This document shows, piece after piece, positions 9,969 to 18,274 of a stretch of 64,000 bases of DNA; position 1 is the first letter of the stretch; each line of letters starts with the position of its first letter. The position numbers were made by a program, and so were the translations under genes. The DNA is from an uncultured delta proteobacterium (lineage in GTDB: Bacteria; Desulfobacterota; Binatia; UBA9968). The notes below the pieces were generated by a model. That model did not search any database, had not been told where the DNA came from, and worked only from the letters and a program-made list of their open reading frames with translations. The DNA lies in contig CAVYTU010000014.1 of assembly GCA_963771465.1 (NCBI GenBank), forward strand, positions 1,024,001-1,088,000, written 5' to 3'.

Positions 9969-11108
9969 ATGCTGCAAGGTTATCGCCTGTTTGATGCCGA
10001 TGCTCACGCGATGATGAGCCCGCGCATGTGGGCGACGCTGCCGCACGAGTATATCGCGCGCCGGCCGCGGCCGACCCGCGTGCACGACGTCAGCGACATG
10101 GGACGTTGGACCAACGGTTGGCTCGTCGAAGGGCAAATCATTCCCCATGCGCTTGGCCCCGGCAGCCAGCCGGGCAATGAACCGGCCCGCGTACTCGAAG
10201 AGTTTGGCGCCGAGAGCCATAGCGCCGAATTTCCTCTGAGTGGCTTCGATCTATCGGATACCGACGCGCGCTTGCGCGGTCTCGATTACATGGGCATCGA
10301 TCATCAGATGCTCTATCCCACCACACTCTACGCGCGCATGACCAGCGATCCGGGTTTCGAAGCCGCGCTGATGCGTTCGTACAACCGTTACGTCGGTACG
10401 CAGTGCGCACATGCCCCAAAGCGGCTCAAATGGGCTGGCTTGTTGCCGCTTCGCGATAGCCGACAGGGATGTGAAGCCATCGACGAAATGAAGAAACTCG
10501 GTGCCAGCGCCGCGGTGGTTTACGGTACCGCGGGCGACAAATTGCTGTGCCATCCGAGTTTCACGCCGGTGTGGGACGAACTCGATCGTTCGCGTCTACC
10601 GTTGTGCGTGCACATGGGCATGAGCTTTCCGCCTTTCGCTGAAGTGTGCAACGGTTTGCTCGATGCCCACGGCATCGGCATGAGCCTACCGGCGCAAATG
10701 GCGTTCGTCGCCATCGTCGGCCACGGAATGCTCGACCGTTATCCAAATTTGAAAGTTGGCTTTCTCGAATTCGGCGCAGAGTGGATTCTCTACATGGTGC
10801 CGCGCCTCGACCACTACCTGCCCATCGACCGCAGCCAGATGCCGATCAAGACCGAACTACCGCAAAGGACCATCGAAGAGTACGCCAAGTCAGGACGAAT
10901 CTTTCTCGCCGGCGAAGCCGACGACAAGATGTTGCCGCAGGAAATTGACTTACTTGGCGAAGATCAGATTCTCTACTCCTCCGATTTGCCTCACGGCGAA
11001 GGGCGTCACAATGCGGCCAAAGAAATTCTCGCGCGCACTGACATTACGAACACTCAAAAGCGCAAGATTCTCTACGACAACGCGGTGCGGTTTTTCGGTG
11101 AGCCGTGA
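9969..11108 (+). CDS. Amidohydrolase_2 family protein
   Basis: DADAH N-terminus, YN...C...P.RL, PLCVH, G.LDRYP.LKVGFLE, SSDLPH, KILYDNA. Confidence 0.88.
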   Translation: MLQGYRLFDADAHAMMSPRMWATLPHEYIARRPRPTRVHDVSDMGRWTNGWLVEGQIIPHALGPGSQPGNEPARVLEEFGAESHSAEFPLSGFDLSDTDARLRGLDYMGIDHQMLYPTTLYARMTSDPGFEAALMRSYNRYVGTQCAHAPKRLKWAGLLPLRDSRQGCEAIDEMKKLGASAAVVYGTAGDKLLCHPSFTPVWDELDRSRLPLCVHMGMSFPPFAEVCNGLLDAHGIGMSLPAQMAFVAIVGHGMLDRYPNLKVGFLEFGAEWILYMVPRLDHYLPIDRSQMPIKTELPQRTIEEYAKSGRIFLAGEADDKMLPQEIDLLGEDQILYSSDLPHGEGRHNAAKEILARTDITNTQKRKILYDNAVRFFGEP

Positions 11109-11160
11109 ACGTGACGACACCTCAGCCAACATCGATCACGCCTCTTCATTGGAACGATCC

Positions 11161-11991
11161 GTGGTCGGCGCCGCGATTCGGCAAGCTGAAAGGTATTTGG
11201 CGAAAGTCGATCCGATCATGAAGCGCTTGATCGCCAAGCACGGCCACTGCCTGCTTGCCGAGCGCGAGTTCGAGCCGTTTCACATGCTCGCCAATTCGAT
11301 TATCAGCCAGCAGCTTTCGACTAAAGCCGCCGCGACGATCAAGCAACGTGTCGGGGTGCTCGTCGGTTTGCCGTTCGAAACGAGCAGGGTGCTGTCGCTC
11401 TCAATTGAAGAGTTGCGCGGCGCCGGGCTGTCGCAGGCAAAGACCCGCTACATTCGAGAATTGGCAACACATGTGAGCGATAACCGGTTGGAGTTCAGTG
11501 GGCTCGTCTTACTCGACGATGAACTCGTGATTGAAAAACTCGTTGTCGTCCCTGGCATCGGCCGTTGGACCGCGGAGATGTTTTTGCTGTTCGGTCTTAA
11601 ACGATTGGACGTGCTCGCGGTCGGCGATGCCGGTTTGCAGCGCGCAGTACGGATTCTTTACGGGAAGAAGCGGATCTCGGCAACGTTACTACCGCGCGTC
11701 GCCGAAGCGTGGCGGCCGTATCGGTCGATCGCTCTGACTCGACGATGAACTCGTGATTGAAAAACTCGTTGTCGTCCCTGGCATCGGCCGTTGGACCGCG
11801 GAGATGTTTTGCTGTTCGGTCTTAAACGATTGGACGTGCTCGCGGTCGGCGATGCCGGTTTGCAGCGCGCGGCGCGAATTCTTTACGGGAAGAAGCGGGA
11901 TTCGGAAACCCTCTTGCCGCGTATCGCTGAAAATTGGCGGCCCTATCGGTCGATCGCTTCGTGGTATTTGTGGCGGTCGCTGGAGGCGTAG
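11161..11991 (+). pseudogene. alkA: DNA-3-methyladenine glycosylase II (AlkA family), disrupted by an internal tandem duplication (possibly misassembly)
   Basis: SIISQQLS.KAA, GLS..K..YI, HhH motif PGIGRWTAEM, D.L..GD.GL, WRPYRS.A.WYLW. The C-terminal ~225 bp occurs twice. Confidence 0.8.
11511..11958 (+). repeat. ~223-bp imperfect tandem direct repeat within alkA (11511-11733 and 11737-11958)
   Basis: Both copies start ACTCGACGATGAACTCGTG and end TCGGTCGATCGCT. The first ~135 bp are identical apart from one T; the rest is diverged. Confidence 0.95.
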
Positions 11992-12065
11992 TATTTTGTG
12001 ATGATATGCCGGGTTGCTAGGTGGACGGCCGACACTTTACCAGCAATCATAGCGTACGGTTGTGG

Positions 12066-12868
12066 CTAACGGCGATTTAAGTGAAAAAATCGGAGAGCGA
12101 GGTTTCCATCAGGTTTTCTTCGGATCCAAATAGTGAGAAAGCGTTGAGATTGAATCGATCGAGTACGAGTAGGACCTTTAGCCTTTCCGCTGTGGGAATG
12201 TTAAATTTCCATATAACGTCTTGTTCAGAATCGCCTTTACAAAATACATCCTCGTGGCATGCGTAGCTCCATTGATTGTCACTGCGCTTGAAACAGATCG
12301 TATATTCAGATTGCTGCAAAACGTGACGGGCATGGCTTCGAACTGTCGGCCCGAGGCCAATGAATGCGGGGTGCATTAGTGAGCCTGATGTTCCTTTCCT
12401 GACGCGTTCGATGTGAGCATAGATCGAAACTTTATCGGATATTGTCGCGTCATTAAAGGCGAAGAATGCTGCGACGAAAGGTGATTGTGACCAGTCCAAT
12501 AAAGGCGATGGAAATCCATGGTGTCGAAGGTGAATTATGTAAGCATAAGCATCATTGAGGTTTCCAAATCCACGGATAAAGTCCTGCTTGGAATGCCAGC
12601 GATTGTATTCCTTCGGAGTTGGTATGTTCCAAGTACGATCGGTAAGGCTTTCGATCTGATAATTTTGCTTCATGAATTACTTGGTAGTACTTGTGTGCTT
12701 TCAGTGAGTCAGGTGCATATCTCTCAAGAGTTGTTTTGAGCTGCCAACCGGAGTTCGACTGCCCCCGGAACAACAATCTTGATCGGCGCGCTTTCCCTGC
12801 CAATCCGCGAGTAGACGTTTTACTTTTTTCTCAAATCCTTCCCAGCTCGAAAGCTCACAAACGATCAT
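12066..12868 (-). pseudogene. FRG domain-containing protein, frameshifted
   Basis: LLFRGQS...L.TTLER is in one frame and LRHHGFPSPLLDWSQSPFVAAFFA in another. About 3 frameshifts are needed (near 12790, 12665, 12100). More AT-rich than flanks. Confidence 0.8.
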
Positions 12869-12892
12869 TTCAGTCCATCAAGAGCATTGCGG

Positions 12893-13708
12893 CTAATTTT
12901 TCCGGTCCTCCGGCTTCACATACTTCACCGATGCGCCGCCTTTTTGGGAGTGCAGATAGCCTTCCACGTCACTCAGTGGGTTGGTGTAGTAGCGCAGGCG
13001 GTGTTGGACCAGGTCGTCGGCGCGCAGCGCCATGTCGAAGGGCAGGTCTTTCTGCATATACGCGGCGATTTTGGCGTGCTCCAATGTCGCGCCGTTGCGG
13101 CTGGCGAGTTCTTTCGCCAACGTGTCGACGTAGCTGTCCAAATCTTTCTCCGGCACGACGTCGGAGACGAGACCGACGCGCTCGGCTTCGACGCCGGTTA
13201 GGTTTCTTCCCGTGAGCGAGATGAAGAAAGCTTTCTTGAATGGAATGCCCGCGTGGAAAAGCGATGGCGTCGCGGTGGCGCCGTAGCTGCCGCGAATGAC
13301 TTCGGGCATGCCGAATTTCGCGGTGTCGGCACTGATCACCAAATCGTGGCCGTTGATCATCGCCAATCCGCCGCCCAAGCACCAGCCGCGCACTTTGGCG
13401 ACGGTAACTTGCGGCAACTTGCGCATGATGTCGACGATCTCGGCGACGCCGCCCAAGCCGCGCGTGCGCCGCCGGTTATCCTGGCCGCGCATGTCGTAGA
13501 GGTCGCGACCCGATGAGTAAGAGTCGCCGGCGCCGGTGGAGACGATGCAGCGAATCTTGTCGTTTTCAGCGAGGGAGCGCAGCGTGCTGGATATCTCGGC
13601 GAGCAGAGCAATGCTTAAAGCATTTTTCTTTTCGGGACGGCTGAGGGTTAGCCACGCGATGCCGGCGTTTTCGTCGATGTTAGCGGTGATGAATTTCAAT
13701 TCTGCCAT
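12893..13708 (-). CDS. Enoyl-CoA hydratase/isomerase (crotonase) family protein
   Basis: LSRPEKKNALS, SSGRDL oxyanion segment, GWCLGGG, FGMPE, EAERVGLVS. Confidence 0.9.
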   Translation of the reverse strand: MAELKFITANIDENAGIAWLTLSRPEKKNALSIALLAEISSTLRSLAENDKIRCIVSTGAGDSYSSGRDLYDMRGQDNRRRTRGLGGVAEIVDIMRKLPQVTVAKVRGWCLGGGLAMINGHDLVISADTAKFGMPEVIRGSYGATATPSLFHAGIPFKKAFFISLTGRNLTGVEAERVGLVSDVVPEKDLDSYVDTLAKELASRNGATLEHAKIAAYMQKDLPFDMALRADDLVQHRLRYYTNPLSDVEGYLHSQKGGASVKYVKPEDRKN

Positions 13709-13760
13709 GTGGATTCTCCGTGGGGTTAGTTTCGTTCAAATCGTTTCTCGGATTCTGTTC

Positions 13761-13823
13761 TGTCATTTCGAGGCCGAGCCGAGAAATCTTTCGGAAAGAT
13801 CTCTCACTTCGTTCGAGATGACA
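13761..13823. repeat. REP-like palindromic element
   Basis: TGTCATTTCGA...TCGAGATGACA terminal inverted repeat with an internal ATCTTTCGGAAAGAT hairpin. A related half copy (AGATACTTCGCAACGCTCAGAATGACA) lies at about 36520-36546. Confidence 0.7.
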
Positions 13824-13846
13824 ACATTAGCAACGATGACTGTCGA

Positions 13847-14854
13847 CTAAGCAAACCGGTAGAAAGCCTTAGCGTTATCGGCAAGAATCTTTTGCTTGGT
13901 CGTATCCGAAATATCCTTGCGGCGGACGACTTGGCTAACGCTGTGCGGCCATTCCATATCCCAGTGCGGATAGTCGGATGCGTACATCATGCACTCGTCG
14001 CCGAACTGCTCGATCACCAGCGGCAGCGCCGACTCCTCGCCTTCGCAAGTAAAGTAGCAGCGGTGCGCTTTGATATATTCGCTCGGCAGCATCTTGAGCG
14101 GCTCCATCTCGGACTTTCTGATCAGATATTTTTCGTCGAAGCGCTCCATCCAGTAGGGCAAGAAACCGACGCCGGCTTCGAGAAAGCCGACTTTGAGTTT
14201 GGGAAATCGGTCGAGCACGCCGTTGGAAATGATCGAGACGACCGACAGCATCTGCTCGAACGGATGGGACGTCATGTGCACGCCGATATATTTATGAAAG
14301 CGCGTGTTGCCCACGGCGACTTGCGCAGTGGCGTGAAAGCCGACGGGTACGCCGAGCTCCTGCGCCTCGGCGTAGATCGGATCGAATTGCGGCTGGCCCA
14401 AATCCAATCCTTGCTGCACGTAGGTCGGCATCATCACGCCGACGGCGCCTTTTGTCGTTACCGCGCGTCGCACTTCTTTGACCGCTTCCGCTACGACCTG
14501 CGGCGCGATGACGGCGGCGTACTTGACGCGATTGCCGCTTTGTTTGCAGAAGTCATAAGCCCAATCGTTGTAAGCTTTCGCCAACTCGGTGGCGAGATCG
14601 AGTTCGCGCACGAGACCGATAGCTAGCGCGTTGCTCGGATAGGCGACGGCGTCGCGGATCTTCTCAACGTCCAAGTCTTTGCAGTATTCGTCTGGATTGG
14701 CCGGCTTTCTTCCCGTGCTACCGTTGAGAAAAATATCCCAGCCGAAGGACGGGAAGTACGGCCCGCTGCGAGCGCGAAATTTTTCCGGCAAGTAGTCCTT
14801 ATAGGCCGGGCCATCCAAGTGATGGGCGTCGGCGTCGATGATGGTAAATTCCAC
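13847..14854 (-). CDS. Amidohydrolase_2 family protein
   Basis: IIDADAH, YNDW, PVGFH, GVLDRFPKLKVGFLEAG, ASDYPHWD. GTG start with GGAGG RBS. Confidence 0.9.
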   Translation of the reverse strand: MEFTIIDADAHHLDGPAYKDYLPEKFRARSGPYFPSFGWDIFLNGSTGRKPANPDEYCKDLDVEKIRDAVAYPSNALAIGLVRELDLATELAKAYNDWAYDFCKQSGNRVKYAAVIAPQVVAEAVKEVRRAVTTKGAVGVMMPTYVQQGLDLGQPQFDPIYAEAQELGVPVGFHATAQVAVGNTRFHKYIGVHMTSHPFEQMLSVVSIISNGVLDRFPKLKVGFLEAGVGFLPYWMERFDEKYLIRKSEMEPLKMLPSEYIKAHRCYFTCEGEESALPLVIEQFGDECMMYASDYPHWDMEWPHSVSQVVRRKDISDTTKQKILADNAKAFYRFA

Positions 14855-14885
14855 GATAAAGCCTCCAAAATCTAACCGGCGATCA

Positions 14886-14930
14886 TTGAACCCTTGAATC
14901 TTTGAACGATGCCAGTCGCTCAAAGTTCAA
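14886..14930. repeat. Short tandem 8-mer (TTGAA-core) inverted array
   Basis: TTGAACCC TTGAATCT TTGAACGA followed by the opposite-sense CTCAAAGTTCAA. Confidence 0.55.
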
Positions 14931-14949
14931 CCGGAGCATGCTAGTGCAA

Positions 14950-16644
14950 TTAGTCCTGCAAGCCGTGGCGTTGCGCGAGTTTGAGAAAGATCGAGCCCAC
15001 GACCACCGTACCCATGGCAATGATGAGACTAAACGCGGCGAGTTCGCCCACATGGCCGTTATCCCACAGTTCCCAAATCTTGACCGCGACCACCTGTGAG
15101 CCCGGCGAGTAGAGCAGCAGCGCAATGGAAAGCTCTCTGAACGTGATTAGAAAAATATAAATCCAGCCGGCGAGCAATGCCGGCAAGATCAGCGGCACGA
15201 CCACGTGGCGCACCATCTGGAACCAGCTGGCGCCACTGGCCATGGCGCCTTCCTCGAGCTCTTTGTGCAGACTCAATAGCGCCGAGTGGCTGAAGCGAAT
15301 GCCATAGGGCAAATAGCGCGCGATGAACGCAAGCACGAGAATCCAGATCGTGCCGTACACCGGGATCGGCAGTATGAGATACATTTTTAGGATCGCGATA
15401 CCCATGACGATGCCGGGAAAGACCAATGGCAACATGGCCATCTGATCGAGCGCCCAGCGCGCTTTAATGGACGCGCGCACGACCAACCAGGCGGCGAAGA
15501 ATGTGAGTATGATAGCGATGGTTGCCGACGTGACGCTTACCGTCAAACTATTCATCACCGAGCCGACGATGCTGCTGTCGGCAAAGGCCGTGCGATAATT
15601 ATTGAAACTCAGCATCGATACCGCTTTCCACGACGGCGCCTGCGCGAAAGGCAAAAACGACGACCAGGTGATCGCCATGATCGGAAAAAACTGCAACGCC
15701 GGTAAAACCAACATCAAGCAGCCGCCCAGCCAACGCCACTTGCCCAGGTCGAAACGGTGCGGCCGGTAAGCCTTGCCGCTGATGGTGGTGAACTTATAGG
15801 TCTTGCTGGTAACGCGATAATAAGGAATGAGGCCGAGGGCGACTATTACTATGAGAATTATCGAGTATGCGCTGGCTTCGCCATACTTGGGAATCAGGCC
15901 GCCTTTGATCTGCAAATAGATTTTGGTCGTGAAGACTTCCACGCCGGCGGGAATGCCGATCAAGGCGGGAATTTCGAAAGCTTCGAGGGATCGAATGAAG
16001 GTTAAGATCAAAACCGCCAGCACGCTCGGCAGCGCCAGCGGAAAGGTGACCTTTCTAAAAACCTGCCAACCCGTACTTCCAGCGGTGGTGGCGGCTTCCT
16101 CTAGGGAAGGATCCATGGAGCGAAAGGGCGTCGACATCAAAAGAAAGACAATCGGTATCCAGAGAAAACTCTCGACCAAAATCATCCCTTGCATGGAAAA
16201 GATATTGAGCAGCGGCGCGCCCGTGATCGGAATGACGAAGGAATTGAGAATACCGGCCTTGGGGCCGAGTAACATGATCCAGCCGACGACTTTGATGATC
16301 CCCGGGATGGCGAATGACACATAGGCCGTGATGTAAGCTACGGTGCGAAACGGCGCGTTGGACCGTTCGGCGAGCCAGGCGAGGAGCGTGCCGTAACCGA
16401 TCGCGATGCCCGCGCTGCCGATGGAAAAAATCATCGAGTTAGTGAACAAGACTCTAACATCGCCGAGGGAATCGACGATGTTCAAGAAATGCTTGATCGT
16501 GAAGGTGCCGGCCTGAAGCCCGCGGTCGGTCACCAAGCTGGTATGCAGGATGAAGAAAAACGGCGGCAGGACCAAATAGGCCAATGCGGCGCTGGTCAAT
16601 ACAAACATCACTTGCGCGGGGTTTCGCATCAGCATCGCGTACAT
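14950..16644 (-). CDS. ABC transporter permease, FbpB/iron(III)-type with two BPD_transp_1 domains
   Basis: Two EAA loops (DPSLEEAATTAG, KELEEGAMASGAS); about 12 TM segments. Confidence 0.88.
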   Translation of the reverse strand: MYAMLMRNPAQVMFVLTSAALAYLVLPPFFFILHTSLVTDRGLQAGTFTIKHFLNIVDSLGDVRVLFTNSMIFSIGSAGIAIGYGTLLAWLAERSNAPFRTVAYITAYVSFAIPGIIKVVGWIMLLGPKAGILNSFVIPITGAPLLNIFSMQGMILVESFLWIPIVFLLMSTPFRSMDPSLEEAATTAGSTGWQVFRKVTFPLALPSVLAVLILTFIRSLEAFEIPALIGIPAGVEVFTTKIYLQIKGGLIPKYGEASAYSIILIVIVALGLIPYYRVTSKTYKFTTISGKAYRPHRFDLGKWRWLGGCLMLVLPALQFFPIMAITWSSFLPFAQAPSWKAVSMLSFNNYRTAFADSSIVGSVMNSLTVSVTSATIAIILTFFAAWLVVRASIKARWALDQMAMLPLVFPGIVMGIAILKMYLILPIPVYGTIWILVLAFIARYLPYGIRFSHSALLSLHKELEEGAMASGASWFQMVRHVVVPLILPALLAGWIYIFLITFRELSIALLLYSPGSQVVAVKIWELWDNGHVGELAAFSLIIAMGTVVVGSIFLKLAQRHGLQD

Positions 16645-16790
16645 AATTTTTCCTCCGGTATTCGCAGCTTCGAGTTAGCGTAAGAGTTGCAACTCAACTG
16701 ATGACCAGAAACGCGAAACCAACTAGCGCCAGCTATATAACAAAACTGGCGGGCAAGACAATTAGGGAATCAGTTAGCGGGAAAACGTAA

Positions 16791-16868
16791 GTGGTGAGGG
16801 TGAGACGAATGGGAGGGAAGGGGGTTGAGCGGACGTCTTATCCCCTCCCCTTCACCCCTTGCCGCCTC
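16791..16868. repeat. Purine/pyrimidine heptamer-like inverted array after the VOC gene stop
   Basis: GTGAGGGTGAG..GGGAGGGAAGGGGG arm opposite a CCCCTCCCCTTCACCCCTTGCCGCCTC arm. Confidence 0.55.
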
Positions 16869-18063
16869 AAGCCCACGGGCCGATGAAAGGTTCGCCGCTG
16901 TAAGTGTCGGATAGCGGTTCGAGCATCTCTGGCCAATTCGTTGGGTCGACTTTACGGCGCAGCTCTTTGGGCCGAGGCTTGCCGTCCCAGCCGAGCTGTT
17001 CCATGTAGTAGTAAAGCTCGATGCAGTGGCCGTCGGGATCGAAGGCGTAGGCGGCGTAGTCGATGCCCGGATGAAGCTCCGGCGGGATGATGTCGGTCTC
17101 GACACGCACGCCGTTGTCGCGGAGAAATTTTACCGCGTCTTTGAGTTGCTGATAATTGGCGAGCTGCAAGCCGAAGGACATATTCGACGTCATTTCGCTG
17201 AGGCCCAATTTTTTGCGCCACGATTTGGGGAAAATCCCAAGCGAGTGATGCTCGTTGTCGCAGCGCAGAAACGCGCCGCATTCGCCCTGCCACTCGACTT
17301 CCTCGGTCAGGCTAAAGCCCAAGACTTCCATGTGCCAGCGCTTCAACTTTTCATAATCGTCGACAAACAGTTTCACCGGGCCGACGCGGGTTATTTTAAA
17401 CGGCTGCGCCAATAGCACGCCGTCGACGTTGTACTTCAAGGGCAGCTCGCTCACGCAACGACGGCCGTCGAGCACGCTGATGCCTTTCTTGATGTCGTTG
17501 GTGATGAGCTCGAAATCGGGTAACTGAGGCTCGCTGGGAGCGACGGCATTGCCGTGACGCATGGCGACTGGGCGCGCATAGCCGTTCCAACTGATCTGTT
17601 CGATGCCATAGTACAGTTCAAAAATCTGTTCATCCGGCGCCCAAACGTAAAGATGAAACTGCGAGCCGCCGCCGCCCGCGCGGCCTTGACGCATAACCTC
17701 GACGCCGAGATCGTGAAAATATTTGGTCGCTTCCGCCATCTCGGCGACGCTTTGCACCTGCCAGGTGATCTGGTTGATGTCATTCTCATCGCGAAAATGT
17801 TTGGCATTGTCGCCGGCGTATTGGCGTTGATTGAATTTCTTCTTGTCGAATAAAGCAAAGGAATGATGATCGCCGGCGTGCCGCCCGAAAAAACCGGCGC
17901 CGGCCGGCTCGGTGACAAAAAAGCCGAGCAGGTCGAAATAAAAACGCCGGCTCGCTTCGAAATCCGCAGCGTTGAAGCCAAAGTGGCCGAGGCGGCGAAT
18001 TTTAAAAGGTCGATCGAGAGCGACGCCGCCGACGTTGTATTTAGATGTAGATTTTCCGCTCAT
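16867..18063 (-). CDS. VOC/glyoxalase superfamily protein (extradiol dioxygenase-like)
   Basis: LGHFGF...FY.DLLGF, DHHS, FLRCDNEHHSL, DPDGHCIELYY; internally duplicated. Confidence 0.8.
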   Translation of the reverse strand: MSGKSTSKYNVGGVALDRPFKIRRLGHFGFNAADFEASRRFYFDLLGFFVTEPAGAGFFGRHAGDHHSFALFDKKKFNQRQYAGDNAKHFRDENDINQITWQVQSVAEMAEATKYFHDLGVEVMRQGRAGGGGSQFHLYVWAPDEQIFELYYGIEQISWNGYARPVAMRHGNAVAPSEPQLPDFELITNDIKKGISVLDGRRCVSELPLKYNVDGVLLAQPFKITRVGPVKLFVDDYEKLKRWHMEVLGFSLTEEVEWQGECGAFLRCDNEHHSLGIFPKSWRKKLGLSEMTSNMSFGLQLANYQQLKDAVKFLRDNGVRVETDIIPPELHPGIDYAAYAFDPDGHCIELYYYMEQLGWDGKPRPKELRRKVDPTNWPEMLEPLSDTYSGEPFIGPWA

Positions 18064-18274
18064 GGCATTTTCTCCATTGATCCCACAACTTTCGTGACAA
18101 GTTAGTCTAGTCTAAATGCGCGGTTCAATTCAACGCTGAGCCACGTTCGATGCCGAGACCGCAGCCAGGAGCATGGCCGCCAGAACGACAAGGATGTTCA
18201 GAAATCTGCCGTTAGGTTGTAATTTGATTCCTACGGTTGTAATCGATTCTGAACTTTCGGTGAAGGGCGGCGTA

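Noticed and set aside
10756-11160. N-terminal part of the 330-aa ORF
   Set aside because: It overlaps the amidohydrolase out of frame; AlkA similarity starts only after about 11160.
11511-11958. Diversity-generating retroelement TR/VR pair
   Set aside because: Differences are not adenine-specific and no reverse transcriptase is present in the window.
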